The position numbers were made by a program, and so were the translations under genes. Shown here in pieces: positions 48,189-58,300 of a DNA stretch of 64,000 nt. The stretch's first letter is position 1; every line of letters begins with the position of its first letter. The DNA comes from Eubacteriales bacterium. GTDB taxonomy: Bacteria; Bacillota; Clostridia; Oscillospirales; CAG-272. The DNA lies in assembly GCA_045657485.1 (NCBI GenBank), contig JAZOTE010000063.1, positions 107,395 through 171,394 of the forward strand. The letters are read 5' to 3'. Below the pieces are notes generated by a model that saw only the letters and a list, made by a program, of their open reading frames with translations, was not told where the DNA came from and did not search any database.

Positions 48189-48189
48189 C

Positions 48190-48258
48190 AAAAAGCCCTG
48201 CCGAAGCAGAGCTTTTTGTATATCGAAATAATCCCGAATGGGTAATTATCTCTTGGAG
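48190..48258 (-). repeat. Direct repeat copy 1: rpsI last codons + stop + terminator
   Basis: 69 bp matching 50271-50339 with one mismatch. Confidence 0.8.
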
Positions 48259-48270
48259 TTTTGAGAGTAC

Positions 48271-48368
48271 CGTTTGATATCGTGAATATCGTTAAATATC
48301 GTATGATTTCGTAGCTTTATCGTGTGATTTCGTGCGATATCGTGAATATCGTGAGTATCGTCGCATAA
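48271..48368. repeat. Degenerate 10-bp tandem array, about 10 units, consensus CGTGAATAT(C)
   Basis: CGT recurs at 48271, 281, 290, 300, 310, 321, 331, 341, 350 and 359. Confidence 0.75.
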
Positions 48369-48408
48369 AGTGTTGCACCAAATTTGCACCAAAATCACAC
48401 CGAGATTT

Positions 48409-48996
48409 TCAAGCATTCAAAGTCCTAAATAACAGCTTCTTGTTTCGCAAAAGGTTCATGCTAAGCAAAAATACAATTACGCACACGGCAGAGCCGAGGG
48501 TAGCGTTCATAATTACAATTTCTGCTTCGGTCATTCCCTCGAATGAAACAAGCATTGAGCGTTGCAATGCGAATATCGATACGAAAGCATCCGCAAAGGA
48601 TATGTTTCGTAGTGTGATAAGTGTTGCCGACGTACTGCGACGGGCTTTTACGAGTTTTATTGTCGCAAGCGTGATTTTTGTAAAGGCATATACCGCCATA
48701 GCTAACATTACAATCATATGTAGCTTGAGTCCTCTATCTCGCACTACCGAAAGTATAACAGTTCCGGCAAGCGGTATGGATAATAGCATCAACATCCAGC
48801 CTGTAAACTTGGTAACAAAACGCTCTTGATTTTTGGAGCGTAGTACCACAAAGCGTACAATACTTAAAACAAGGTAGTACGAGCCAAGCGTTAATAACCA
48901 CCACGAGCTCGTAATCAATCCCAAAATAAGATGATAGCTTGCAAACGCTATGTTGAATGATAGACTTGCGAGAGCGAGTTTCAAATTCCTATCCAT
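48409..48996 (-). CDS. Multi-pass membrane protein, unknown function
   Basis: Five to six hydrophobic segments. Overlaps the TetR gene stop by 8 nt. Confidence 0.5.
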   Translation of the reverse strand: MDRNLKLALASLSFNIAFASYHLILGLITSSWWLLTLGSYYLVLSIVRFVVLRSKNQERFVTKFTGWMLMLLSIPLAGTVILSVVRDRGLKLHMIVMLAMAVYAFTKITLATIKLVKARRSTSATLITLRNISFADAFVSIFALQRSMLVSFEGMTEAEIVIMNATLGSAVCVIVFLLSMNLLRNKKLLFRTLNA

Positions 48997-49585
48997 TGAT
49001 ATTCCTCTCGCCCATCACGCAATCAATAATGATCTTAATAATCATTTTCATATCGTCCGAACAATTCTTATTGAGCCATTCCATAATAATAGCAAAAACG
49101 CCAGTTAGATAGAATTTCATCACATAGGCACGCTCTTTTTCGGGAACGTGGAAGCGTTCAAGAATAGGATTGAAGATGTGTTCAAACATTCTGCCATACA
49201 CCTCATTCATATTAAATGAGTTAAACTGCTTGATAGACACCTTGAACAAACGCTGATTGTCTTTGATAAATTTCAAATAGGGCACAAGATACTCGTCTGT
49301 GATAAACAAAAGCTCATCACACTTGCAGGTTTCAAATTGCAGAGCAATGCGTGTCTTGTCTATTTCATAGTATGCGAGATGTTTGTCAATGATATAACGT
49401 GTAGTTTCCTTTAGCAAATCCGAGGTGTTCTCGTAATGTAGGTAAAAGGTGGAACGGTTTACCCCTGCCGTATCACATATCTCCTTAATGGTGATATACT
49501 CAAAGTCCTTCTTTTCAAGTAGCGTAATGAGGGCTTCGTCCATACGTATCGCCGTGTTGAAGTATTTACTTTCGTTCTTGTTCAT
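48989..49585 (-). CDS. TetR/AcrR family transcriptional regulator
   Basis: N-terminal HTH ...ITIKEICDTAGVNRSTFYLHYENTSDLL. Confidence 0.8.
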   Translation of the reverse strand: MNKNESKYFNTAIRMDEALITLLEKKDFEYITIKEICDTAGVNRSTFYLHYENTSDLLKETTRYIIDKHLAYYEIDKTRIALQFETCKCDELLFITDEYLVPYLKFIKDNQRLFKVSIKQFNSFNMNEVYGRMFEHIFNPILERFHVPEKERAYVMKFYLTGVFAIIMEWLNKNCSDDMKMIIKIIIDCVMGERNING

Positions 49586-49606
49586 AAGACCGCCCTCCGT
49601 GAATAC

Positions 49607-49951
49607 TTATTTACCCTCGCTAATCTCTCTCGCAAGCTCCACAATCTCATATGCGTACTTCTTTTTGCCCTTTTCGAGCATTTTTGTGTAAATAGGGTAA
49701 TTCACACCGCAACCAATCATACCAATGATACCGATTAGAATACCAAGCACCATATTGCTTCCGATAACCTGCATAGCAAGACTCATTCCTGTGCCAAATA
49801 TAAGAGCAAAAACGATGCCCCACGTATATGTGAAAATAGTTGCAGGGAGCTTTGCCTTTGCATCAAGCTTACGAAGTGCTATGAGTTTGGATTTGTCTTT
49901 AGGAGCGTACTCTTTTGCGATGGATTCTGCGTAAATTTTGTCTGTGTTCAT
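49607..49951 (-). CDS. Small two-TM membrane protein
   Basis: 114 aa with a hydrophobic core, GIVFALIFGTGMSLAMQ...GILIGIIGMIGCG. Confidence 0.5.
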   Translation of the reverse strand: MNTDKIYAESIAKEYAPKDKSKLIALRKLDAKAKLPATIFTYTWGIVFALIFGTGMSLAMQVIGSNMVLGILIGIIGMIGCGVNYPIYTKMLEKGKKKYAYEIVELAREISEGK

Positions 49952-50123
49952 TTTGTTTCTCCTTTTCGGTTGTTTTTTTGTTGTGACTTTATTATACCAA
50001 CCGACAAAGTGAAACGGAACAACAAGATTTGCGTAATGTGTTGATTTAAGTAAATTATATCACAAAATCCCCAAAATTGAAATAGGACGGCGAGGTTCTT
50101 TACAAATTGAACCGCCACATTTG

Positions 50124-50195
50124 TTAAAGCAAATCGTGTTCGATAGATTCAGCCATCTTGGCTTTGTATTCTTTGAAAATATGAACGTAGATATT
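50124..50195 (-). pseudogene. Tyrosine recombinase 3' remnant (last ~22 codons)
   Basis: ...NIYVHIFKEYKAKMAESIEHDLL*. Part of the 116-bp repeat 50080-50195, which equals 48004-48119. Confidence 0.65.
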
Positions 50196-50270
50196 CGTAG
50201 GGGCGATTCACGAATCGCCCGACATATAATGCGAAAAAATGGGCGATTCGTGAATCGCACCTACAATAAC

Positions 50271-50339
50271 AAAAAGCTCTGCCGAAGCAGAGCTTTTTGT
50301 ATATCGAAATAATCCCGAATGGGTAATTATCTCTTGGAG
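50271..50339 (-). repeat. Direct repeat copy 2 (genuine rpsI 3' end + bidirectional terminator AGCTCTGC-cgaa-GCAGAGCT)
   Basis: See copy 1. Confidence 0.8.
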
Positions 50340-50728
50340 AACTGAGGTGCACGACGAGCGCCCTTGAGACCGTACTTCTTTCTCTCCTTCATACGAGGAT
50401 CACGAGTAAGGAATCCAGCCTTCTTGAGAAGGGGCTTGTAGTTTTCATCAGCAGAAAGAAGAGCGCGAGCAACACCGTGACGGATCGCGCCTGCCTGACC
50501 GGAGAAGCCACCGCCCTGAACGTTAGCTACAACGTCGAACTTGCCAACGGTATCAGTAACACCGAAGGGCTGATTAACAATATACTTCAAGGTTTCCAGG
50601 CCGAAGTAGTCGGAAACATCTCTGCCGTTAACGGTAACAGCACCGGTACCGGGATACAGACGAACTCTGGCTACAGACTTCTTTCTTCTGCCTGTGCCGT
50701 AGAAATAGGGCTTTGCACTAGTATACAT
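50327..50728 (-). CDS. rpsI: 30S ribosomal protein S9
   Basis: [13 protein letters not shown]...[17 protein letters not shown]...RDPR.KERKKYG...ARR.PQFSKR. Confidence 0.95.
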   Translation of the reverse strand: MYTSAKPYFYGTGRRKKSVARVRLYPGTGAVTVNGRDVSDYFGLETLKYIVNQPFGVTDTVGKFDVVANVQGGGFSGQAGAIRHGVARALLSADENYKPLLKKAGFLTRDPRMKERKKYGLKGARRAPQFSKR

Positions 50729-50746
50729 TACACATTTCCTCCCTTA

Positions 50747-51172
50747 TTAGTCAACTACGATAGGCTTCTGAGCAGCCTGCTTGTGAGATGCGTCTGCGTA
50801 TACGTGCAGACGGGTGAAGGACTTATCACCGATGTGGTTGTGAGGGAGCATACCCTTAACTGCGAGCTCCATAGCCTTCTCAGGATTGGTAGCCATAAGG
50901 GTCTTGTAATTAACTTCCTTAAGTCCGCCGATGTAACCGGAGTGATGACGGTAGAACTTCTGCTCCAGCTTCTTGCCGGTCAGAACTGCCTTTGCAGCGT
51001 TTACAATGATAACGTACTCACCGCAGTCAGCGTGGGGAGTGAACTCAGGTCTGTGCTTGCCGCGAAGAATATCAGCAGCCTTAACAGCGGTCTTGCCAAG
51101 GGGCTTGCCTGCTGCATCAATAACAAACCATCTGCGTTCGATGTTGTTTGCATTTGCCATGAATGTAGACAT
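50747..51172 (-). CDS. rplM: 50S ribosomal protein L13
   Basis: GGAGG RBS. MSTFMANANNIERRWFVIDAAGKPLGKTA...YRHHSGY.GGLK. Confidence 0.95.
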   Translation of the reverse strand: MSTFMANANNIERRWFVIDAAGKPLGKTAVKAADILRGKHRPEFTPHADCGEYVIIVNAAKAVLTGKKLEQKFYRHHSGYIGGLKEVNYKTLMATNPEKAMELAVKGMLPHNHIGDKSFTRLHVYADASHKQAAQKPIVVD

Positions 51173-51233
51173 TTTAATTTCCTCCAATATTTAGTTTGAC
51201 GTACCTATGTACGTGCGTTTTCAAAGCCTACAT

Positions 51234-51262
51234 ATTATAGCATATATTTCAAAGCTTGTCAA
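51234..51262 (-). promoter_or_regulatory. Consensus promoter of rplM-rpsI; the short leader contains an ACGTAC-atag-GTACGT hairpin
   Basis: TTGACA-N17-TATAAT on the minus strand. Confidence 0.65.
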
Positions 51263-51544
51263 CACTTTTTTGCATATTTTTTCGAAAAAATCAATTTGAA
51301 AAACTAAAGCTCCCTAAATCTCCCAAAAGCTCTCAAAAGCTCGTAAATCCTCGATGGAGATATATCGATTATTTTTTCGTAAAACCGTTTTTTTAAAATA
51401 AGTGTTTGCAGTTGTTGTGGATAAAACGTATTGTCAAATGCGGCGCTCGCTGTTAGGTGAGTGTTATAAATCGCCGTTTGAAAAATTATTAAAACGGCGG
51501 ACGGGTTTTGCTTCCGTCCGCCTTAAATTATATTTTTCGTTTTA

Positions 51545-52441
51545 TCAGAGCATATCGCCGTTAATAAATCCAACCATCTTGCCTATATGCCCGCCGTCCG
51601 ACAGATACTTCTTATATGCGCGCATCAGCGAGGATTCTTCGGGAAGCGTGGACGGATCGCCGTTGTAGCCGTTTACGTAGAATATGCGCCACAGATCTCC
51701 GTCTGCCACCTCGTAGCTGTCCGGGTCAAGCTCAAAATCGTCGAGAAATGATCTGATATTTGATCCCTCCGGCAGTATTTCACGGTGTATGGTATTCAGA
51801 AGCCACGTTCCGCACCTGAAGATAACTTTACCGTCCGGAACTATGTTCCTATAATATCTTTCCGCGCGCACGTATGAGCTGCGGCGGTTTTCGGGACTGA
51901 ACGGAGTTCTGTTATCGGATGGAATATGTATGGTTACCACCGTTTGTCCCTTGCTGACGTCTACAGTCTTGCCTTTAAAGGTACGCTCGGATTCCAGGAG
52001 ATTATACTGCAATCTTCCAAATGCTATTCTGTCAGCGGTGAAAAAGCGCTTATGCCATTCTGTGCTTATTCCCCATATTCCGAACCGCTTACGGTTTTCG
52101 CGTAGCTTCCATTTAAAATCTATCATAGAGTCATACCATTCGTCCATACCGAGTCCGCGACGTTCAAAGTAGGGAAGAGCGAAGCTGGAAAGTGATGCCA
52201 TATGTATAAATCCTGACTCCATCTCGCTTATACCGGCTGTCGTCGCTGCCAAAGAAATAGCCTCGCGCAGTCCGTCGTAGTCAAAGGTTCCGTTTCGGTA
52301 AAGCTCAATGTAGGAATTAAGTCTTTTTTCAATATCCGGATATTTTAATAGCTTATTTGCATTGGAGAGTGCACTCTCTCTGATTTCTTTTTCATAATCA
52401 AAATAATCGAGATGATTTGTCAGATTGCTTATCAGGTCCAT
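51545..52441 (-). CDS. Conserved hypothetical protein (resembles NAT_N/GNAT_C-type acyltransferase-domain proteins)
   Basis: 298-aa ORF abutting the upstream gene. Similarity is recalled, not tested. Confidence 0.4.
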   Translation of the reverse strand: MDLISNLTNHLDYFDYEKEIRESALSNANKLLKYPDIEKRLNSYIELYRNGTFDYDGLREAISLAATTAGISEMESGFIHMASLSSFALPYFERRGLGMDEWYDSMIDFKWKLRENRKRFGIWGISTEWHKRFFTADRIAFGRLQYNLLESERTFKGKTVDVSKGQTVVTIHIPSDNRTPFSPENRRSSYVRAERYYRNIVPDGKVIFRCGTWLLNTIHREILPEGSNIRSFLDDFELDPDSYEVADGDLWRIFYVNGYNGDPSTLPEESSLMRAYKKYLSDGGHIGKMVGFINGDML

Positions 52442-53209
52442 TTATTCGTTCTCGCTTTCGTCTATTTTTCCTGCATCAGGATATCTGCCGCACAGCTTAA
52501 AGCCGTCGATTTCTCCCTTGCACATAGCGTTAAATATACGGTGCTTTACTCCCTTGTTGTCTTTTTCTAGCATCGTCAACAAATTTTTTATGTTCTCGCG
52601 CTCGGTTGCCTTATCCTCAGGGCAGAGATTTTTTACTACGGGTAACTCTCTGCGCCTCGCAAAATACTGCACGTCCTTTTCCGTTGCGTATAAGAGCGGT
52701 CTTATCAGCGTGAGCCTTCTGTTAGAAAGATAGCTCTTAGGGGAGAAGCAACCCAGCCGTCCCTCGAAGAACAGATTCATCATAAAGGTTTCTACCGCGT
52801 CATCGTAGTGATGACCCAGCGCAACCTTATTGCAGCCGTGGACTTGCGCCGCGGCGTGAAGTGATCCTCTGCGCATTTTTGCGCACAGCGAGCAGGGATT
52901 TGGCTCTTTTCTGACGTCAAAGATAATCTTTGCGATTTCGGTTTTTTCTATCGCATACTCAATGCTTTTCTCTTTGCAAAAGGCCATAATGGGTGAATAA
53001 TCCATTCCCTCAAATCCCATATCTACCGTTATGGCTATGATATCGTATTTTTTGGGATAGAAGCGCCTCATCTCAGAGAGTGCGTACAGTAGCGCGAGTG
53101 AATCCTTTCCGCCAGATACTCCGACGGCAATTCTGTCGCCCTCATCTATCATATTATAGTCGTCTACTGCCCGCCTGACGAAGCTGAGCAGTCTTTTCAT
53201 TTCATTCAT
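52442..53209 (-). CDS. PP-loop ATPase, TtcA-family tRNA thiolation enzyme
   Basis: SGGKDS PP-loop and CSLCAKMRRG motif. Confidence 0.7.
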   Translation of the reverse strand: MNEMKRLLSFVRRAVDDYNMIDEGDRIAVGVSGGKDSLALLYALSEMRRFYPKKYDIIAITVDMGFEGMDYSPIMAFCKEKSIEYAIEKTEIAKIIFDVRKEPNPCSLCAKMRRGSLHAAAQVHGCNKVALGHHYDDAVETFMMNLFFEGRLGCFSPKSYLSNRRLTLIRPLLYATEKDVQYFARRRELPVVKNLCPEDKATERENIKNLLTMLEKDNKGVKHRIFNAMCKGEIDGFKLCGRYPDAGKIDESENE

Positions 53210-53273
53210 AATCTAAAATCCGATCGTTGCATAGACTTTTAATACAGTATAAATATAATTAAGGAAGGTACTT

Positions 53274-53843
53274 ATGGCAATAAAAATTTATATAGACCAA
53301 GGTCACAACCCAAAAGACTATAATACGGGAGCCGAGGGAAACGGACTTTACGAGCAGGACATAACCTACGAAATAGGCAGAAGACTGTATAATCTTTTTC
53401 TTGCAAATCCGGAGATCGAGCCGCGACTCTCACGTCCAACACCCGATACAGTGAAGGGAACCAATAACGCAACAAGTCTTAGCGAAAGGGTAAATGAAGC
53501 CAATTCCTGGGGCGCTGATATATTCCTCTCCCTCCATAATAATGCGGCTGAAAATCCGAACGCCACGGGTAATGAAGCGCTGGTATACAGTCCCGGCTCT
53601 ACCGTCGCCGTCGCCCTTGGAGAACAAATCCTTGAGCAGCTTACTCTTACCACCGGCCTTAGAAACCGCGGTATAGTGTATCGTCCCGGCCTTTACGTTC
53701 TTAAGGAAACGGTTATGCCGGCAGTACTTGTTGAAATGGGATTTATTACAAACCCATACGATGCGGAATTGCTTAGCGAATCACCGTATTTGTTCTCTAC
53801 AGGAATATATAGAGGAGTACTAAAATATTACGGTCTGCTTTGA
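53274..53843 (+). CDS. N-acetylmuramoyl-L-alanine amidase (Amidase_3)
   Basis: IYIDQGHN...GAEG...E...SLHNNA...GNEALVY. Confidence 0.75.
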   Translation: MAIKIYIDQGHNPKDYNTGAEGNGLYEQDITYEIGRRLYNLFLANPEIEPRLSRPTPDTVKGTNNATSLSERVNEANSWGADIFLSLHNNAAENPNATGNEALVYSPGSTVAVALGEQILEQLTLTTGLRNRGIVYRPGLYVLKETVMPAVLVEMGFITNPYDAELLSESPYLFSTGIYRGVLKYYGLL

Positions 53844-53892
53844 TTTATATCCGAAAATTATAAAATTTGCAATTCGATATCTTGGGGTGTGA

Positions 53893-54552
53893 TTATTTCA
53901 GTACTATCTCTTGGATATCCAAATACTCTTCCGCTATAGTTGGGGTGGTAGCGTAGAAGGTATAGGTAGCACCGCACCGTTCGCAGTATACCTGAACGCC
54001 GCCGTCACAGAAGCGCAGATCGTAATTTCCGTCGCCGCAGGGACAACTGAGCTTTCCGCTTTCTTCCAGGTCACGCACCAAAAAGCGCAGGATATCGTAT
54101 ACGGCAGGGTCGGGAAGTATTTCATCTTCGTTCATCTCCGTAGGCTGTATATCGGATAGTTCCTCAGCTTCCAGCGCGACCATAAGCTGTCTTATCTCTT
54201 TTTCGGTACGTTCAAGCTGCGTCCCAATTTCTGCTTCATCACCGATAAAAGCTATATCCATACCTGAGTAAGGGCAGTTGAGCAGAAATAGCTCTCTGTC
54301 AAAAAACACTCCCTCGCTTACGGTGTAGTTGTGATTTTGTTTGCAAAATACACATGGTACTGACAGCTTAATTTTTCCGTCGGATCCCATCTTGATATCT
54401 AAAGGCGCTCCTTCGCCGCAGGTGCATTTTAAACGCAGCAGATTTGCCGCCAGCGCAAATTTGCCCACCAGACCGATTACCGCGCTTCCACATTCGGGAC
54501 AGCGGTATGCTATATTTCTTTTTCTTGGCTCAATTACCATATTGATCTCCAT
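53893..54552 (-). CDS. Zinc-ribbon-containing hypothetical protein
   Basis: Several CxxC pairs (CPECG, CTCGEG, CPCGDG, CERCG). Confidence 0.45.
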   Translation of the reverse strand: MEINMVIEPRKRNIAYRCPECGSAVIGLVGKFALAANLLRLKCTCGEGAPLDIKMGSDGKIKLSVPCVFCKQNHNYTVSEGVFFDRELFLLNCPYSGMDIAFIGDEAEIGTQLERTEKEIRQLMVALEAEELSDIQPTEMNEDEILPDPAVYDILRFLVRDLEESGKLSCPCGDGNYDLRFCDGGVQVYCERCGATYTFYATTPTIAEEYLDIQEIVLK

Positions 54553-54671
54553 TATGTTCCATAGGTTTTTGCATATTGCAAAAGGGTATCGTCAATCATT
54601 GCCGAAGATGCAGCTATCTTGGCGTTTGCTTGCCTTGCTTTCGAAAAGACGAACAACGTTCAGCGGGAATT

Positions 54672-55211
54672 TTACCGCTCCATAACTGCCGAGGATAGCT
54701 CCGCGGCTTTCTGTGCGCTTACGGAAATGGAAACCAGCTCCTCCGCAAATTTCAGCGATACACCCATACCTTTAGCAGTCGTAACGTTACCGTCGGTCAC
54801 GACACTCTCGCCCGTTACGGTAGCGCCGATCAGCTCTCCTTCAAATCCCGGATAGCAAGTTGCGCGCTTTCCGTTAAGCAATCCTCTGCGACCGAGCACC
54901 AGCGGTGCCGCGCAGATAGCTGCCAGATGGCCGCCGCGGGAAACTACGGAATCTATTATCCGATCCGTAAAATCGGAGCTGTCAAGATTCAGCGCGCCGG
55001 GCATTCCACCGGGAAAAACTACCATTTCAACGTCGTTTGGATTCACTTCATCCGCCGCTATATCGCATATAACGTCAATACCGTGTGAGCCATGGGCAAT
55101 TTTGCCGCTTATTCCCACTGTTTTCACGTCCTTGCCTGCGCGACGAAGCATATCTACGGGGGTGAGCGCCTCTATTTCTTCAAATCCATCTGCGAGTAAT
55201 ACAGCTATCAT
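54672..55211 (-). CDS. DJ-1/PfpI family protein
   Basis: GGAAGGA RBS before MIAVLLADGFEE. Nucleophile elbow AAICAAP. Confidence 0.8.
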   Translation of the reverse strand: MIAVLLADGFEEIEALTPVDMLRRAGKDVKTVGISGKIAHGSHGIDVICDIAADEVNPNDVEMVVFPGGMPGALNLDSSDFTDRIIDSVVSRGGHLAAICAAPLVLGRRGLLNGKRATCYPGFEGELIGATVTGESVVTDGNVTTAKGMGVSLKFAEELVSISVSAQKAAELSSAVMER

Positions 55212-55307
55212 CTTGTTTTCCTTCCAAATAATCATGGAGTCCCGAACGCTTGTCCATCCGGGACTCCTTTCGGTTTAAAGCTGCGAATAGCCGAAAGGCT
55301 CGTCGCA

Positions 55308-58300
55308 TCAGTCTATCATTGTTCTTGCAAGCTTTTCTCTCCACTCGTCAGATGAGATAAGCACGTCACGGGGCTTCTGACCGTTGGAATCTCCGACGAT
55401 ACCCATATCGTACATTATATCAATGAATTTAGCGGCCTTACCGTATCCGATAGACAGCTTTCTTTGTAGCAGGGAGGTGGATATCTTGCTGGAGTTAACG
55501 GCAACCTCAACTGCGTCGAGGAACTGACGGTCGTTGAGATAACCCTCTCCGCCGCCTTCATCGTCACGGTCGTCATCGTCGCCGCCGTTCTTCTTGGAGA
55601 TCCTGTCGGTTTCGCGTTTAATTCCCTCGATAACGCTTTCATCGTACGTATTACCGTCGCTGAACTGCTTTAGATAATCCATTACGGCGTCAACCTCGGT
55701 ATCGTTAACGTATGTGCACTGAACTCGCTGAGGCTTCGGTGCACTCGCGAAAGCCACCAGCATATCGCCCTTGTCGAGAAGTCTTTCCGCGCCCGCTTGA
55801 TCAAATATAAGTATAGAGTCGCGATTTGACAGAACCTTACAGGACATCTTAGTAGGAATGTTTGATTTGATCAAACCGGTAATAACCTCTTTTACGGGCT
55901 TCTGAGTACCTATGATCAGATGTATACCGGCAGCTCTTGCTTTCTGAGCAATTCTGATAACCAGGCTTTCTACAGGATTTTTCACCTGCATAATCAGCTC
56001 TGCAAACTCATCTATAACTATAATGATACGGTGCATAGGCTCTCCAACCGACGGGTCGGATGCAACCTTTTCGTTATACGAGTCTATATTTTTTACCAAC
56101 GCCTCCTGGAGCACGGAGTATCTGCGCTCCATTTCCTCTACAGCCCACTGCAGAGCGCCTGCCGCCTGCTTTACGTCCGTTACTATGGGTACGAGAAGAT
56201 GGGGAATGCCGTTGTACATAGTAAACTCAACTTGCTTCGGGTCGATCATAATGAATTTAACCTCGTCGGGACGAGCCTTGAAGAGCATACTGATCATAAG
56301 CGAGTTGATGCACACCGATTTACCCATACCGGTTGCTCCGGCAATAAGAGCGTGGGGCATTTTGGCAATATCCGCAAAGATAGGCTGACCTGCTACGTCC
56401 TTACCCATACAAACGGTGGTCTTTGATCTTGCGCTTCTGAATTCTTCAGTATCCAAAAGCTCCCTGAGCCTTACGGTAGAAGCTTTCTTGTTAGGAATCT
56501 CAACGCCGACCGCGGACTTGCCGGGGATGGGAGCTTCCATACGGATGCTCTCGGCGGCAAGGTTAAGCGCGATATCGTCCTGCAGACCGAGAACACGGCT
56601 GACCTTAACACCCTTTGCGGGTACGACCTCGTATCTGGTAATTCGCGGACCTCTGTCAACACCCTTGATAGAGGCGGTAACTTCAAACGAAGCGAGAGTT
56701 TCTATAAGCTTATCTGCGTTTTCCTGAATTTCTTCCTTTTCGCCAAGATCCACTCTGTTTTCGTCTATTCCGAGCAGATCAATGGGAGGAAATTGGAAAT
56801 TTGAAAAATCAGGCTTTTTCTTTTCTTTTTTCTCTTCCTTTGGAGGAGCTTCCTTGACGGGTGCGAACCAATCAAGATCGTCCTTGACGACGGATGCTCT
56901 TGGCAAAACCACGGGAGAGGGAACTGCGTCAAAGGGAGGCACATCCTCCTCCGAGTCGGTAAGATCCTCGTAATCGTTGATTTCTTCCTCGTCGTCGGGA
57001 AGATTTATTATATTATCCTCACTGTTTTCAGTATTGTCGAGGAAAGGGAACATTTCTCTCTGCTTCAGTATTTCAGGGTTCTGCTCTTCGGCAGGGATCT
57101 CCTCATCCGCAGCATCTGTTATTTCCTCGTCCTCAGCGCTGAAAGCAGCTTCGTCCTCGGCAAATATACCGTCCGATTCCACTCCGTCTTCCGTATCGAA
57201 GGCGCCGTTTTCGTCGCCCTCAAATAACGCATCGTTTTTTTCGTCACCGAAAATCAATGCTCCGTCATCAGAATACTCTTCATCAGACTCCTTTTCATCC
57301 ACGGGAACCTCCGAGTCACCGCCAAAGTCGAATACGGTACCGCCGTCGGTTTCATTGGAGGGTGTATCGTCGCTTGTATCCAAAGTCGTAGGCTCAGAGC
57401 CAACAGACCAGCTGAACGAATCGTCCGCAGGCTCTTCCGCGGGCTCCGGAATATCCGTCATCAGAGGCATATCCTCGTCAATAACAGTATATTTGCGATC
57501 TCTCTGCTCTCTAATATCGGAGGCTTCGATATCCGGAGTAGGTGAAATAAGCGTGCGCTCTATCCTCAATTCATTCACAGATGCTACGGGAGCAGGGGGG
57601 CAGTCAACCGTTGGCACTTCGTATGGCTTGAATACCTCATCCGACTTCTCATCTCGGTCGTAGGAAGTGTTGTAGATGTTAATAATCTTTTCAAATCCTG
57701 CGCCGTAATCGTCGTTGCGGACCGCGGCGCTTTCATAAGACGGAGATGCTTCATTCGGTTCAGAATACTCCTTTTTTGTATTCGAAGCATCTTCAACGCT
57801 CGCGGACCACGGTGTGTACTCCGCTTTGTCAACGGATTGGATTTGCCCATCAGAGTAGGATTCTTCTGAAGCCTCATCTGAGATGACATTTTCCGCAGAT
57901 TTTTCCGTACCGGCTTGTGCGTCGGAGAATTCATTAACCACAGCATTTTCTGCAATCGGAGCTTCCTCTGCCACAGCAACGTTCTCAGTTATAGGAGCCT
58001 CATCGGATGCGAAAGCTTCCTCGATTAGCGGTGTATCCTCTGCAATAGGCGCGTTCTCAACCGCCGGAGCATCCACCGTTACGGCAATATCCTCTGCGAT
58101 CGGAGTTTCATCTACTGGATCGTTAACGGTTATCTTCGTGTAAGTATAAGATTTGTTTGCGCTTCTTGCATATCCGGGAGTATTACGCTCAACAACCTCG
58201 GCGACCTTTGCGGCAACGTCAGCCGTTTCGTCGGTTTCGAAGTCAGGCTTATCGAAGGTCATGATCATAGAATCGCTGATGCTGGGAGTGTAGCTTTTGC

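Larger units (their letters stand above)
47560..48189 (-). mobile_element. Distal decayed integrative islet (integrase 3' remnant + DUF6440-like gene + arm repeats)
   Basis: Bounded on the rpsI-proximal side by the duplicated rpsI end (48190-48258). Carries the same arm block as 48262-48405. Confidence 0.45.
48259..50270 (-). mobile_element. Proximal decayed integrative islet (TetR + two membrane proteins + integrase 3' remnant)
   Basis: Flanked by the two copies of the rpsI-end repeat. Confidence 0.5.
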
